Part shown: positions 25,057-33,583 of the stretch, piece by piece
Position numbering within the stretch: position 1 is the stretch's first letter
How the letters are laid out: every line of letters starts with the position of its first letter
Origin: Candidatus Micrarchaeota archaeon
Lineage (GTDB): Archaea; Micrarchaeota; Micrarchaeia; CAILAH01
DNA length: 47,850 nt
Direction of reading: 5' to 3'
NCBI GenBank assembly: GCA_026413685.1
Contig: JAOAKK010000001.1
Coordinates: 1-47,850 of the forward strand
Translations under genes and position numbers: made by a program
Notes under the pieces: model-generated
Told to the model about the DNA's origin: nothing
Database searches by the model: none
The model's input: the letters and a program-made list of their open reading frames with translations, nothing else

Positions 25057-26022
25057 ATGATATCCATTGGCTTTGAGAGCACCGCACATACCCTCGGAAT
25101 AGGGATATATGACGGAAGGTCAGTGCGTGCAAACGAGTATGCAACGTATTCCCAGCCATTCGGCGGGATAAAGCCAGGTGATGCAGCAGACTCGCACTCA
25201 GTAAACTTTGAGAGCGTCCTTACTACAGCGCTTAACAGGGCCGGGATAAAGCTCTCCGATGTTGGATTGGTTGGGTACTCAAAAGGCCCCGGAATGGCAC
25301 CGTGCCTGCGCATTTCACGGGCAGCAGCTGTGTTCCTTGCAGAGCGGTATAAAATCCCAATAATCCCCGTGCACCACAGCGTAGCACATATTGAGATTGG
25401 GATGCACGAGTGCGGGTTTACGGACCCTTTGGTAGTGTATGTAAGCGGTGGCAACACACAGCTCCTTGTGAAAAGAAACGGGAGGTATGCAGTGCTCGGT
25501 GAGACGCTGGACATCGGCCTTGGCAATGCCATAGATACGCTTGCACGCGAGATGAGGCTTGAGAGAGCACACGGCGGTGAAGTTGAGCGCATCGCAAAAA
25601 CTGGAAAGTACATTGAGCTTCCCTACACCGTGAAAGGGATGGATTTTGCGTTTTCAGGCCTTGTAACAAGGTGCTCACAGCTGTTACGTGAGCATAGCGC
25701 GGGCGATATTGCATTCTCTTTTCAGGAAACGGCGTTTGCAATGCTGTGTGAAGCTGCAGAGCGCGCGCTTATGCTCGCCAAGAAAAAGGAAATCCTGCTT
25801 TGCGGTGGTGTTGCACAGAACCAGCGGCTCCAAGAGATGCTGCGCGGGATGTCAGAAGAAAATAACGCCAAGTTTGGTGTTGCCGCACCTGAGTATAACC
25901 GTGATAACGGTGCAATGATAGCATACACGGCACACTATTTGTATGCAAAGTATAACGGGAATTACCCAGACAAGGATATTGTAATAAGCCCAAAATACAG
26001 GATAGAAGACGCGCCGGCATGA
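25057..26022 (+). CDS. kae1: Kae1 (tRNA t6A threonylcarbamoyltransferase, OSGEP/Kae1 family)
   Basis: GFESTAHTLGIGI, VHHSVAHIE, VSGGNTQLL, CGGVAQNQRL. No Bud32 kinase domain is fused or adjacent. Confidence 0.88.
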   Translation: MISIGFESTAHTLGIGIYDGRSVRANEYATYSQPFGGIKPGDAADSHSVNFESVLTTALNRAGIKLSDVGLVGYSKGPGMAPCLRISRAAAVFLAERYKIPIIPVHHSVAHIEIGMHECGFTDPLVVYVSGGNTQLLVKRNGRYAVLGETLDIGLGNAIDTLAREMRLERAHGGEVERIAKTGKYIELPYTVKGMDFAFSGLVTRCSQLLREHSAGDIAFSFQETAFAMLCEAAERALMLAKKKEILLCGGVAQNQRLQEMLRGMSEENNAKFGVAAPEYNRDNGAMIAYTAHYLYAKYNGNYPDKDIVISPKYRIEDAPA

Positions 26023-26090
26023 ATTAGTTTGCCTTGATGCCCAGGTAGCGGTTCTCCCTGCTATTTATTTGTTTTGTGTGAAATCAGATT

Positions 26091-26711
26091 ATGGGCATAA
26101 AGCAACACATACAGACCAGGCATTTTGAAAGGCTCGCAGCACTCATCCCCCTCTCGCCTAACACAATCACACTCTTGTCAGTTATATCAGCGCTCATAGC
26201 CGCATACATGATTTTTATGAATGAAGTTGCGTATGGTCTTGCATTTGTGCTTATCGCATTTGTATTTGATAGTATTGATGGGATTGTGGCACGTGCGAAA
26301 AGGCAGGAAACGCGTTTCGGTGCATACCTGGATGGTGTTTCAGACCGCATAGTTGAGTTTTTCATCCTTGCATCAATGATCGGCCTAGGCTGGCCGAATA
26401 CCGCATTGGCCATAAGCTCACTCCTTATAATAATGGGTTTTGGCACATTCCTGACTTCCTTTGCGAAGGCGTATGCTGACCATAAAGGTGTTATTAGGAA
26501 GAACCAGGTGCAGAAGCTAAGCTGTGTGTTTGAGCGGGCTGAGAGGTCGATATTCATTTTTGCATCGCTCCTCATATACCTTGCCAACCCCACTTATTCA
26601 ATGTACCTGCTTTCCTTCACAGCACTCCTTTCAGTTATAGGGTTTTTGCAGAGGTTCATTGCCGTTGCGCATCTGTCAGGCTTCCTTTGGCATCGCCCAC
26701 GCAGGAAATAA
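26091..26711 (+). CDS. CDP-alcohol phosphatidyltransferase family protein
   Basis: Complete motif DG(x2)AR(x8)G(x3)D(x3)D in DSIDGIVARAKRQETRFGAYLDGVSDRIVE. Multi-TM. Confidence 0.85.
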   Translation: MGIKQHIQTRHFERLAALIPLSPNTITLLSVISALIAAYMIFMNEVAYGLAFVLIAFVFDSIDGIVARAKRQETRFGAYLDGVSDRIVEFFILASMIGLGWPNTALAISSLLIIMGFGTFLTSFAKAYADHKGVIRKNQVQKLSCVFERAERSIFIFASLLIYLANPTYSMYLLSFTALLSVIGFLQRFIAVAHLSGFLWHRPRRK

Positions 26712-26743
26712 CATTTTATTTATTGCCATTTTAGTAAAATGCA

Positions 26744-27010
26744 ATGAGATACAGGATGAGCTCGCCATGCCGCGGGAGCAACACGTTTGATGCAGTGCCT
26801 GAAGGCGAGGTTGAGCTTTCACCAGAAAAGATGTGCTCAATACTCCAAAAATCAGGATTTGCGATAAAGATGAAAAGTGATATCCTTGTTATTGGCATAA
26901 AGGGCGAGATTGAGGTTGCGCTTTACCGCCGTGGAAAGGCCATAATAAAGAAAGCAAAGGAAAAGGCGGATGCCGAGAAAATTGCAGAATCTATTTTTTC
27001 GCAGGTATAA
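26744..27010 (+). CDS. Small hypothetical protein (88 aa)
   Basis: ORF only. The segment EVALYRRGKAIIKKAK is vaguely reminiscent of C-terminal domains of ThiF/E1-like proteins. Not supported further. Confidence 0.3.
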   Translation: MRYRMSSPCRGSNTFDAVPEGEVELSPEKMCSILQKSGFAIKMKSDILVIGIKGEIEVALYRRGKAIIKKAKEKADAEKIAESIFSQV

Positions 27011-27019
27011 TAATTCGAG

Positions 27020-27176
27020 CGCCCCGGCCGGGATTTTCAGGAAGGGCACCGCCGCGTTCCGAGGTTTGTTTTGCGAAGCAAAACCCCCTGGGAGCGCGAG
27101 GGGCGGATGCGCCTTCACTTCGAACCCGGGTCGCAGCCGTGACAGGGCTGAATGCTATCCGCTACACTACCGGAGC
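27020..27176 (-). tRNA. tRNA-Asp (GUC) with an 85-nt intron in the T-loop
   Basis: Hand fold. Acceptor GCUCCGG/CCGGGGC (U3-G70 wobble), discriminator G. Anticodon arm CAGCC-CUGUCAC-GGCUG. T arm CCGGG-UUCGAA|intron 27034-27118|U-CCCGG. Mature length about 72 nt. Confidence 0.8.
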
Positions 27177-27230
27177 ACATCTCTTTTTAGGCAAAGCAAT
27201 ATTTATTAGCATTATTACGTGCAATATTCC

Positions 27231-28244
27231 ATGCTAGTGATTGGGTTTACAGGTGAAAACTGCGCAGGCAAGACGACCGCAATAGATTATCTTTCAAAGA
27301 AGGGGTTCTATCCGCTTTCTCTCTCTGATATGATACGTGAGGCGCTTAAGGAAGAGGGCAAGCCTATCACGCGGGAAACCTTAATCCTGAAAGGCAACGA
27401 GTTGCGGGAGAAGTTTGGGGCAGCTGTTCTTGCAGTTCGTGCCAAGGAAAAGATTGGCAAAGACAAGAATTATGTTATTGATTCCATACGGAACCCCGCA
27501 GAGGTCGAGGAGCTCAGGCGCCTTGGGAATTTTTTCCTTGTTTATGTAACTGCAGATGCGCGCGTAAGGTTTGAGAGGCAGCGCCAGCGCGGCCGCGAAG
27601 AGGACCCGAAGACATTTGAGGTATTCAGGGAGATGGAAGAGCTTGAGATGGAAAACGCAAAGAAGACAATGCAGAATCTCAGGGAGACGTTTGCGCTTGC
27701 AGACAAGAAGATAGAAAATAATGGGTCGCCCGAGCAGTTCTATGAGCAGATTGATGCTATGCTCGGTGAAATATCAAAGGAATTCAAGCACGAGCGGCCG
27801 TCGTGGGATGCATATTTTATGGGGATAGCAAAGCAAGTTGCAACAAGAAGCAATTGCGTAAAGCGGAAGGTTGCAGCCGTCCTTGTGCGTGATAAGCAGA
27901 TAATATCAACAGGGTATAATGGGACACCGCGTGGGACAAGGAACTGCAGCGAGGGCGGGTGCCCGCGCTGCAACTCATTCTCAGAATCTGGCAAGAACTT
28001 GGATGAGTGCTTTTGCTCGCACGGCGAGGAGAATGCCATTGTGCAGGCAGCTTATAATGGCGTTAGCACTAAGGGCTGCACGGTTTACACGACGTTCTCA
28101 CCGTGCCTTCTATGCACGAAGATGATTATCAATGCGGGCATTGTTGAGGTTGTGTTTAATGAGAAGTACCCTCTCGCTGGGAATGCGCGTGCCCTGCTTG
28201 AGGAAGCAGGCATTAAAGTGAGGCAATACAGGGTTGATGAGTAA
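27231..28244 (+). CDS. Fusion protein: P-loop nucleotide kinase-like domain (UPF0200-like) + dCMP deaminase domain
   Basis: N-terminal half: GFTGENCAGKTT Walker A, VIDSIRNP, RFERQRQRGREEDP. C-terminal half: CDA zinc motifs HGEENAI and SPCLLCTKMIINAGI, plus the extra Cys cluster CSEGGCPRC typical of ComEB-type dCMP deaminases. Confidence 0.75.
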   Translation: MLVIGFTGENCAGKTTAIDYLSKKGFYPLSLSDMIREALKEEGKPITRETLILKGNELREKFGAAVLAVRAKEKIGKDKNYVIDSIRNPAEVEELRRLGNFFLVYVTADARVRFERQRQRGREEDPKTFEVFREMEELEMENAKKTMQNLRETFALADKKIENNGSPEQFYEQIDAMLGEISKEFKHERPSWDAYFMGIAKQVATRSNCVKRKVAAVLVRDKQIISTGYNGTPRGTRNCSEGGCPRCNSFSESGKNLDECFCSHGEENAIVQAAYNGVSTKGCTVYTTFSPCLLCTKMIINAGIVEVVFNEKYPLAGNARALLEEAGIKVRQYRVDE

Positions 28245-28308
28245 AAAATGCTTCAATGAATGTGAAAAAGGGGATGAAATCCCGAAAGCTTATTTTTATG
28301 TGCAGGCA

Positions 28309-29610
28309 TCAGATTTCCCCAGTATATTTCTTATAGAGGATAATCAGCACAATGAGCACAACAACTATCCCGGCTGCAAGCGTTGCCATATCAAGCCCGC
28401 CGCCTTTGACTTCGCCCGTGCCGGGCTGTTGCGTGCCGCCATTTCCACTACTGGAGCCATCCTCTTTTGTTATTTTAATGCTGTCTGTAATTGTCCTCAT
28501 ATTCCCCTGTGAATCATAAGCACTGATCTCAAGCAGGATCTGCTTATCGTATACCAGCGGAATCGTTGCCTGGTATGTGCCCTTGCCGGTCTGGTACATC
28601 GTGATGGATTTCCAGCCATCACCGGCGTTATACTTGAGTATCACAGGCTCAGCCGCGCGCAGCCCGCTTGATTTTGGGTTAGGGTCTGATGCAACTACGG
28701 AGATGAATATGGCATTGCTCTTTTCATCCGCAGTTTTTGATGATATGGATACTGCTGGCTCACCCTCATCAATTATGAGCTCGCTGTCAAGGTTTCCTGT
28801 AAGTGCAAAGTTATATGTCCTAAACCCCTTATCATACCTCACGAAGACCTCAATGTTGTCGCTTAGTATATCTGTGAATTTTACATAGCCGAGCTCGTCT
28901 GTGCGCACGGTTTTGCCATCAAGAAGGACATCTGCAGGCACAACCTCGCCTTTATCGTTGAGCACCCTGAACCTTAAGTCGTACCTGTTGAAAACCACCG
29001 TCTTAAAATCATCAGCATCGTTTATTTTTCCCGTTATGGTCCTTTTCTTGCCGCCGTATTCAATAACAATTGTGTAGGTTGCCCCGTTTGGCACTGTTAC
29101 CCATATCTTACCATCCTTTCCTGTTGTATACTCGTTCCCGCTTGAGTAGACTTTTGCACCCTCGATAGGCTTGCCGTTCTGGTCCTGCACCACAATGTTT
29201 GTGCGGTATGCGTCAAAAGTGAACGTCTTCAGGTAAGGCAGCTTGTCATGGCACGTTGCACCCATGCTGCTGCACAGGATTTTCTCGCTCTGCTGGCGCA
29301 GTGTGCTGTAGTTTGCCTTTATGATGTAAAACCTCACTTCGCTTTCTGGTGTTGTAACCATGTTTGCAAATTGGATAATAAGCTTGCCACTCTCGTTCGT
29401 CTTTAATATAATCCTGCCATCAAGTGATGACTCATCGCTTGTTACCGGAAAAGAGCTCTTCTGGTAAAGCAAGGTTACAGTGGCGCCGCTAATCGGCCTG
29501 TCCATCTTATCAACGACATGGACCTCTATTTTCTCAGTCCACGACGCAAAAAGCACGGGTGCTGCAAAAAGCAGCACAAGCAATGCAGCAAGTATGAATG
29601 TCTTTCTCAT
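28309..29610 (-). CDS. Surface protein: signal peptide, repeated CarboxypepD_reg/Ig-like beta domains, Gly/Ser/Thr linker, C-terminal TM anchor
   Basis: MRKTFILAALLVLLFAAPVLFASW. Repeated xVxDxxGxPIxGAxV modules. GSSSGNGGTQQPGTGEVKGGG followed by LAAGIVVVLIVLIILYKK. Confidence 0.65.
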   Translation of the reverse strand: MRKTFILAALLVLLFAAPVLFASWTEKIEVHVVDKMDRPISGATVTLLYQKSSFPVTSDESSLDGRIILKTNESGKLIIQFANMVTTPESEVRFYIIKANYSTLRQQSEKILCSSMGATCHDKLPYLKTFTFDAYRTNIVVQDQNGKPIEGAKVYSSGNEYTTGKDGKIWVTVPNGATYTIVIEYGGKKRTITGKINDADDFKTVVFNRYDLRFRVLNDKGEVVPADVLLDGKTVRTDELGYVKFTDILSDNIEVFVRYDKGFRTYNFALTGNLDSELIIDEGEPAVSISSKTADEKSNAIFISVVASDPNPKSSGLRAAEPVILKYNAGDGWKSITMYQTGKGTYQATIPLVYDKQILLEISAYDSQGNMRTITDSIKITKEDGSSSGNGGTQQPGTGEVKGGGLDMATLAAGIVVVLIVLIILYKKYTGEI

Positions 29611-29717
29611 AATAGGATTTGAGGTTTAAACTCTTATATTCTTTCCCAGCATGTGCAGGCCTCCCGTGCATTACATATGTGCAAGCGCCAGGTGGCGCGC
29701 CGTGTTTTTAGGTATCC

Positions 29718-30449
29718 TTATATTTTCCCCGTCTGCCAATCGTGTATGACACGCTTCGCTGCCCTGTCTGTATCAAGCTCGCCGCCTTTGAGAAGCATCC
29801 CATTGCGTATGGCAATCTTCTCAAGTATTTCGTATGTATCCTCACCTTCACCAATCTCAATATCATAGTGTGCTGCAACGTGTCCTCTCCCACGAGACTT
29901 GATGATGTGCGCAAGAAGCCTTGCTGCTGCACTCTCCGGGTCTTTCATCTTTTCAGCGGCAACGGTTGATGCGTGGGCAAGTGCCTCCTCACCCGTATCC
30001 CTCACAAACACACCTGGCGAGTCGTAAAGCAGTATGTCCTTGTTGAGCTTTAGCCATTGTATACCCCTCGTTTCACCGGGTGTAGGGCTTGTCCTGGCGC
30101 TTCTCTTGCCTCTCAGAAGGTTTATTATGGAAGATTTGCCGACGTTAGGGACACCTACCACACCAACCCTTATGAGGTGCCCTTTCTCTTTTGCAATCCT
30201 GATTAGCGTGTGTAAAAGATGCCCCTTGCCTTTTCTTGTGCGGGCAGACATAAATATTGCCCCACGGTATCTTCCCCTGAGCGCACTTATTTCCTCATCT
30301 GTGCACAGGTCAATCTTATTAAGGATTAATATTGCCTTCTGGCCGCTGCTCGGATGGAAAGGAAAAACAGTGCTTGGGCTGCGTGCGTCCGCAACCACGA
30401 GCACAACGTCGCATTCACGCCTTATCTTGCTTATCAGGCTGCGTGTCAT
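29718..30449 (-). CDS. Circularly permuted GTPase (YlqF/RbgA-type ribosome biogenesis GTPase)
   Basis: Motif order is G4 (LNKIDL), then G1 (GVPNVGKSS), then G3 (DSPG). Confidence 0.8.
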   Translation of the reverse strand: MTRSLISKIRRECDVVLVVADARSPSTVFPFHPSSGQKAILILNKIDLCTDEEISALRGRYRGAIFMSARTRKGKGHLLHTLIRIAKEKGHLIRVGVVGVPNVGKSSIINLLRGKRSARTSPTPGETRGIQWLKLNKDILLYDSPGVFVRDTGEEALAHASTVAAEKMKDPESAAARLLAHIIKSRGRGHVAAHYDIEIGEGEDTYEILEKIAIRNGMLLKGGELDTDRAAKRVIHDWQTGKI

Positions 30450-30454
30450 CGTGA

Positions 30455-31381
30455 TTATGCAAACTGCCCCTCAATCTCCGGCAGGTCTAAGTCGAGCGTA
30501 TCCTTGAGCTCCTTAAACCTGTTTCTTATTGTAACCTCAGTTATTCCAGCGGCCTCAGCAACTTCCTTCTGTGTCCTGTGCTCTGCGTGGTGGAGGCACG
30601 ATGCGTAAACTGCCGCTGCCGCCAGGCCTGTCGGGCCCCTGCCTGAAATCAGTTTCCTGTCAATCGCATCCTTGAGGATGCTCATTGCGGTCTCCTGCAC
30701 CCTGCCGCTAAGCCCAAGTGCAGTTACAAACCTTGGGACATAGTGAAGTGGGTTTGCGAGAGGCACACCTACACTGAGCTCCTGCACCAGGATCCTGTAT
30801 GTCCTTCCAATGTCCTTCCTCTTTACTCCTGAGACCTGTGCGATCTCGGCAAGTGTCCTTGGCATGTTTCTCTGCCTGCATACTGCATAAATCACAGCCG
30901 CCACGAGCGCTTCAATATTCTTGCCGCGCACGCCTTTCTCAATGCATCTCCTGTACATCAATGCTGCCTCTTCCCTGATTGATTCGTGCAGCCCAAGGTA
31001 GGATGCAATCTTATCAAGCTCGGTCAGCGCAATTGCCAAATTCCTCTCGACAGAGCTCTGGATGCTGCTCCTCTTATGCCATTTTCTCATCCTGTAAAGC
31101 TGTGCCTGCTTCTTTGTGTTAATCTTGACACCGCGAATGTCCCTGTTATACTGGTCTATTTCAGTTGACAGGCCCTTGTTCGGCCTCATAAGCTTTATAG
31201 GTGCACCCGTTCTTGCCCTCTTATCCCTTTGGTCGCTATCGAAAGCCCTCCACTCGGGGCCCTCATCGACCATACTGTCGCTTATGACAAGGCCGCAGGT
31301 AGCGCAGATAAGCTCGCCGCGCTCATAATCCTGTATTATTTTAGAGCCCTTACACTCGGGACATTCTTTTACGGTAGTCAT
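30455..31381 (-). CDS. tfb: Transcription initiation factor B (TFB)
   Basis: N-terminal zinc ribbon CPECKGSKIIQDYERGELICATCG plus two cyclin-like repeats. Start trimmed to MTTVKE. Confidence 0.92.
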   Translation of the reverse strand: MTTVKECPECKGSKIIQDYERGELICATCGLVISDSMVDEGPEWRAFDSDQRDKRARTGAPIKLMRPNKGLSTEIDQYNRDIRGVKINTKKQAQLYRMRKWHKRSSIQSSVERNLAIALTELDKIASYLGLHESIREEAALMYRRCIEKGVRGKNIEALVAAVIYAVCRQRNMPRTLAEIAQVSGVKRKDIGRTYRILVQELSVGVPLANPLHYVPRFVTALGLSGRVQETAMSILKDAIDRKLISGRGPTGLAAAAVYASCLHHAEHRTQKEVAEAAGITEVTIRNRFKELKDTLDLDLPEIEGQFA

Positions 31382-31510
31382 TTTTACACCCTCAACTCCA
31401 ATACAAATATAAAAGTATCTTGCGGGTAATACTCTCTTTAACAAGGTTTATAAATGTTTCTATAACCACACTTCTAGTATTGAAAAAAAGAATAGCAGTT
31501 CCTATTTTTT

Positions 31511-31981
31511 CTACCTTTTTTTTACTTCTCCACTTTCATCAATATAATATCCCCTCAATTTTCCCTGTGTGCCTATATATTGCTTTTCCCCCTTAACAAC
31601 TTCCTTAACAACTTCAGCTGATTTTTGAGGTGTAGCCTTCATTATTTCCCCCTTTTCTCTCTTTTCGTTTTCTTTAGCTATCTTCAATGCAAGCTGAAGA
31701 AGTGGGTCTTTTTTTAACGCTTCTTCGACCCTTTCCGGCGAGTATGATCTAACTGCTTTAATCTGTATTGCAAGTAATCTAGCAGTTTCATCGAGCCGTT
31801 TTGAGGCCTCTTTTAGCTCAAAGTATTTAGATATCTTTTTTAAGAAATTTGCGTCAGTAAATTCCTTTGCAGCCATATTAAATTCATTTAAGGCGTTTTG
31901 AAATTCACCTCTTTTTGGAAAAAGATCTCTTTTTGGAAAATGAACTTCATCTTTTTTTTCTACCAATGTCATAAGTATCAC
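31511..31981 (-). CDS. Hypothetical Lys/Glu-rich helical protein
   Basis: ORF only. Charged, helical composition in an AT-rich segment. Confidence 0.35.
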   Translation of the reverse strand: MILMTLVEKKDEVHFPKRDLFPKRGEFQNALNEFNMAAKEFTDANFLKKISKYFELKEASKRLDETARLLAIQIKAVRSYSPERVEEALKKDPLLQLALKIAKENEKREKGEIMKATPQKSAEVVKEVVKGEKQYIGTQGKLRGYYIDESGEVKKR

Positions 31982-32008
31982 CCATATCTACCTTTTCTAC
32001 AATCATAT

Positions 32009-32860
32009 TTAAAACATATCCTTTGTATGTGGGTTTGCCAATTGGTTGATTATGCTCCCGTCCAAGTACCTCTCATATATCTTCTTGACTGGCTCGGCAA
32101 TCCCAAACTCCTTTAAATCAACGACGGATGAAAACAGCTCGCCAGCAACATAGCTGGTAAATTCTTCTTCTGAGAGTATGTATTTTTTTGAGTCTACCCT
32201 CAATATAATCTCGTATGCTGCGTCGTAATATCTTGCAAGCTGCGGGGTAAGCTTGCCATGGAGCACGTCAAACTGCTCTTTTCTCCCTTTTGTTGCGATC
32301 GAGTATACCTTTTTTGCAAATGCGTTGAACTCCGCCCTCTCCTCATCAGTAAGTACCTCATCATAAATATGGTGCAGGAGCTCGTGCAGCAATACTCCGT
32401 TTCTTGTCTCCGGGTAAACGTGGATTATCTTTTTCTTGTTTTCGTAGTTGCCGCCTATCCCAAGCTCGTGGTCCTTAGTATGGAAGAGGATGCGTAACCC
32501 ATTGAGTTTTTCAAGCAACCTCTCATTATTAGTATTCAGCCCACCAGGCAAAAGGGCAAGGAATTCCTGGATGTTCCGCACATTTCCCTTGTCCCATACT
32601 TTTTTTGCAGTGCCATTCGAATCAATCTTGTATATGCTCGCTTTCCATACAGGATAATTCGTTTCTAAGCATTTATACGCTTGCCAGCTTCCTATGATTG
32701 CAGGAATGCTCATAACCAGCGCAGCCACAGTTTTCATTTTGCTGAATGATTTTTTTCTTTCCTCACGGGTCTCACGAAGCGCCGTTGTAGGCCCTTTGCT
32801 AAAATGAGAACTGGCCTGCATGTATTCCTTTTGTGCTAAGTAGTATATATACCTATCCAT
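32009..32860 (-). CDS. Putative zinc metalloprotease-like protein (HExxHH motif), N-terminal TM/signal anchor
   Basis: LLHELLHHIYDEV (nt about 32357-32386). Hydrophobic MKTVAALVMSIPAIIGSW near the N-terminus. The motif is paralogous to HEYCHHIQDE in 35194..37869. Confidence 0.5.
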   Translation of the reverse strand: MDRYIYYLAQKEYMQASSHFSKGPTTALRETREERKKSFSKMKTVAALVMSIPAIIGSWQAYKCLETNYPVWKASIYKIDSNGTAKKVWDKGNVRNIQEFLALLPGGLNTNNERLLEKLNGLRILFHTKDHELGIGGNYENKKKIIHVYPETRNGVLLHELLHHIYDEVLTDEERAEFNAFAKKVYSIATKGRKEQFDVLHGKLTPQLARYYDAAYEIILRVDSKKYILSEEEFTSYVAGELFSSVVDLKEFGIAEPVKKIYERYLDGSIINQLANPHTKDMF

Positions 32861-32895
32861 AACCGCATTCTATTTTTCCAAAAAGAAAGAAGTAG

Positions 32896-33081
32896 AGCCG
32901 AGGAAGGGATTTGAACCCCTCTCTGCCGGTCACTGATGGGGCACCAAAGGTTCCCCCTCGTGTTTTTCTGGCACCGCTCTTTTGGCAGTTGTGTGCGAGA
33001 GCACACAATTCGCAACCAAAGGTTATGACTCCCAAAAGAACGGCTCTGCAGCCGGCCGCATAGCCACTCTGCCACCTCGGC
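32896..33081 (-). tRNA. tRNA-Cys (GCA) with a 115-nt intron at the canonical 37/38 position
   Basis: Hand fold. Acceptor GCCGAGG/CCUCGGC, discriminator U73 (the tRNA-Cys identity base). Anticodon arm GCCGG-CUGCAG|intron 32931-33045|A-CCGGC. T arm AGGGG-UUCAAAU-CCCUU. Mature length about 71 nt. Confidence 0.8.
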
Positions 33082-33180
33082 GCAGGGAGCCAGCGCCCCC
33101 GCAACCCAGGCAACCATAAAGTTGCCGATTGATTTTTATGGCCGCACAGGCTTTTATTCTTTTATGGGCATCTGAAATAT

Positions 33181-33492
33181 ATGGTCACGATTATATACTC
33201 CCCTTTCCCAAGCTTCAAGTCGGCGAAGGTTGCTGCACGTAGGCTGCTCACGGCCCGTGTAATTGCATGCGCAAACATTGTGAAATCACGCAGCATTTAC
33301 AAATGGAAAGGGACACTTCAAGATACGGTTGAGTTTATCCTCATTGCAAAAACAACATCAAAAAAGAAAAATGAATCAATATCCATAATTAAAAAATCCC
33401 ACCCATACGAGCTTCCGGCAATTCTTACATGGAGCTCTAAGGCAACACCTTCTTTTGAGAAATGGGTTATTGATGAGACCAAGAAGGGCTGA
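33181..33492 (+). CDS. cutA: CutA1 divalent-cation tolerance protein
   Basis: ARRLLTARVIACANIV...SIYKWKGTLQDTVEFILIAKT...HPYELPAILTW. Confidence 0.8.
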   Translation: MVTIIYSPFPSFKSAKVAARRLLTARVIACANIVKSRSIYKWKGTLQDTVEFILIAKTTSKKKNESISIIKKSHPYELPAILTWSSKATPSFEKWVIDETKKG

Positions 33493-33583
33493 TTGGTTTT
33501 TAAGCGTGGCAATTGTAAAAAAGTATAAATATAAGAACAAGGGAAAATGATGTAAAGGCAGAAGCACACGATGTGCGTTAAGG

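Noticed and set aside
27034-27118. C/D-box sRNA hidden in the T-loop introns (GUGAAGG at the 5' end and CUGA at the 3' end of the tRNA-Asp intron; CUGA also in the tRNA-Leu intron)
   Set aside because: The 5' element deviates from the RUGAUGA consensus at key positions. No C'/D' boxes are present, and the spacing is wrong for a box C/D RNP. The CUGA more likely belongs to the splice-junction structure.
31445-33081. tRNA-Cys as the attachment site of an integrated mobile element
   Set aside because: No integrase, recombinase, transposase or direct repeat of the tRNA 3' end could be found in the window. The compositional difference is patchy and based on spot counts only.
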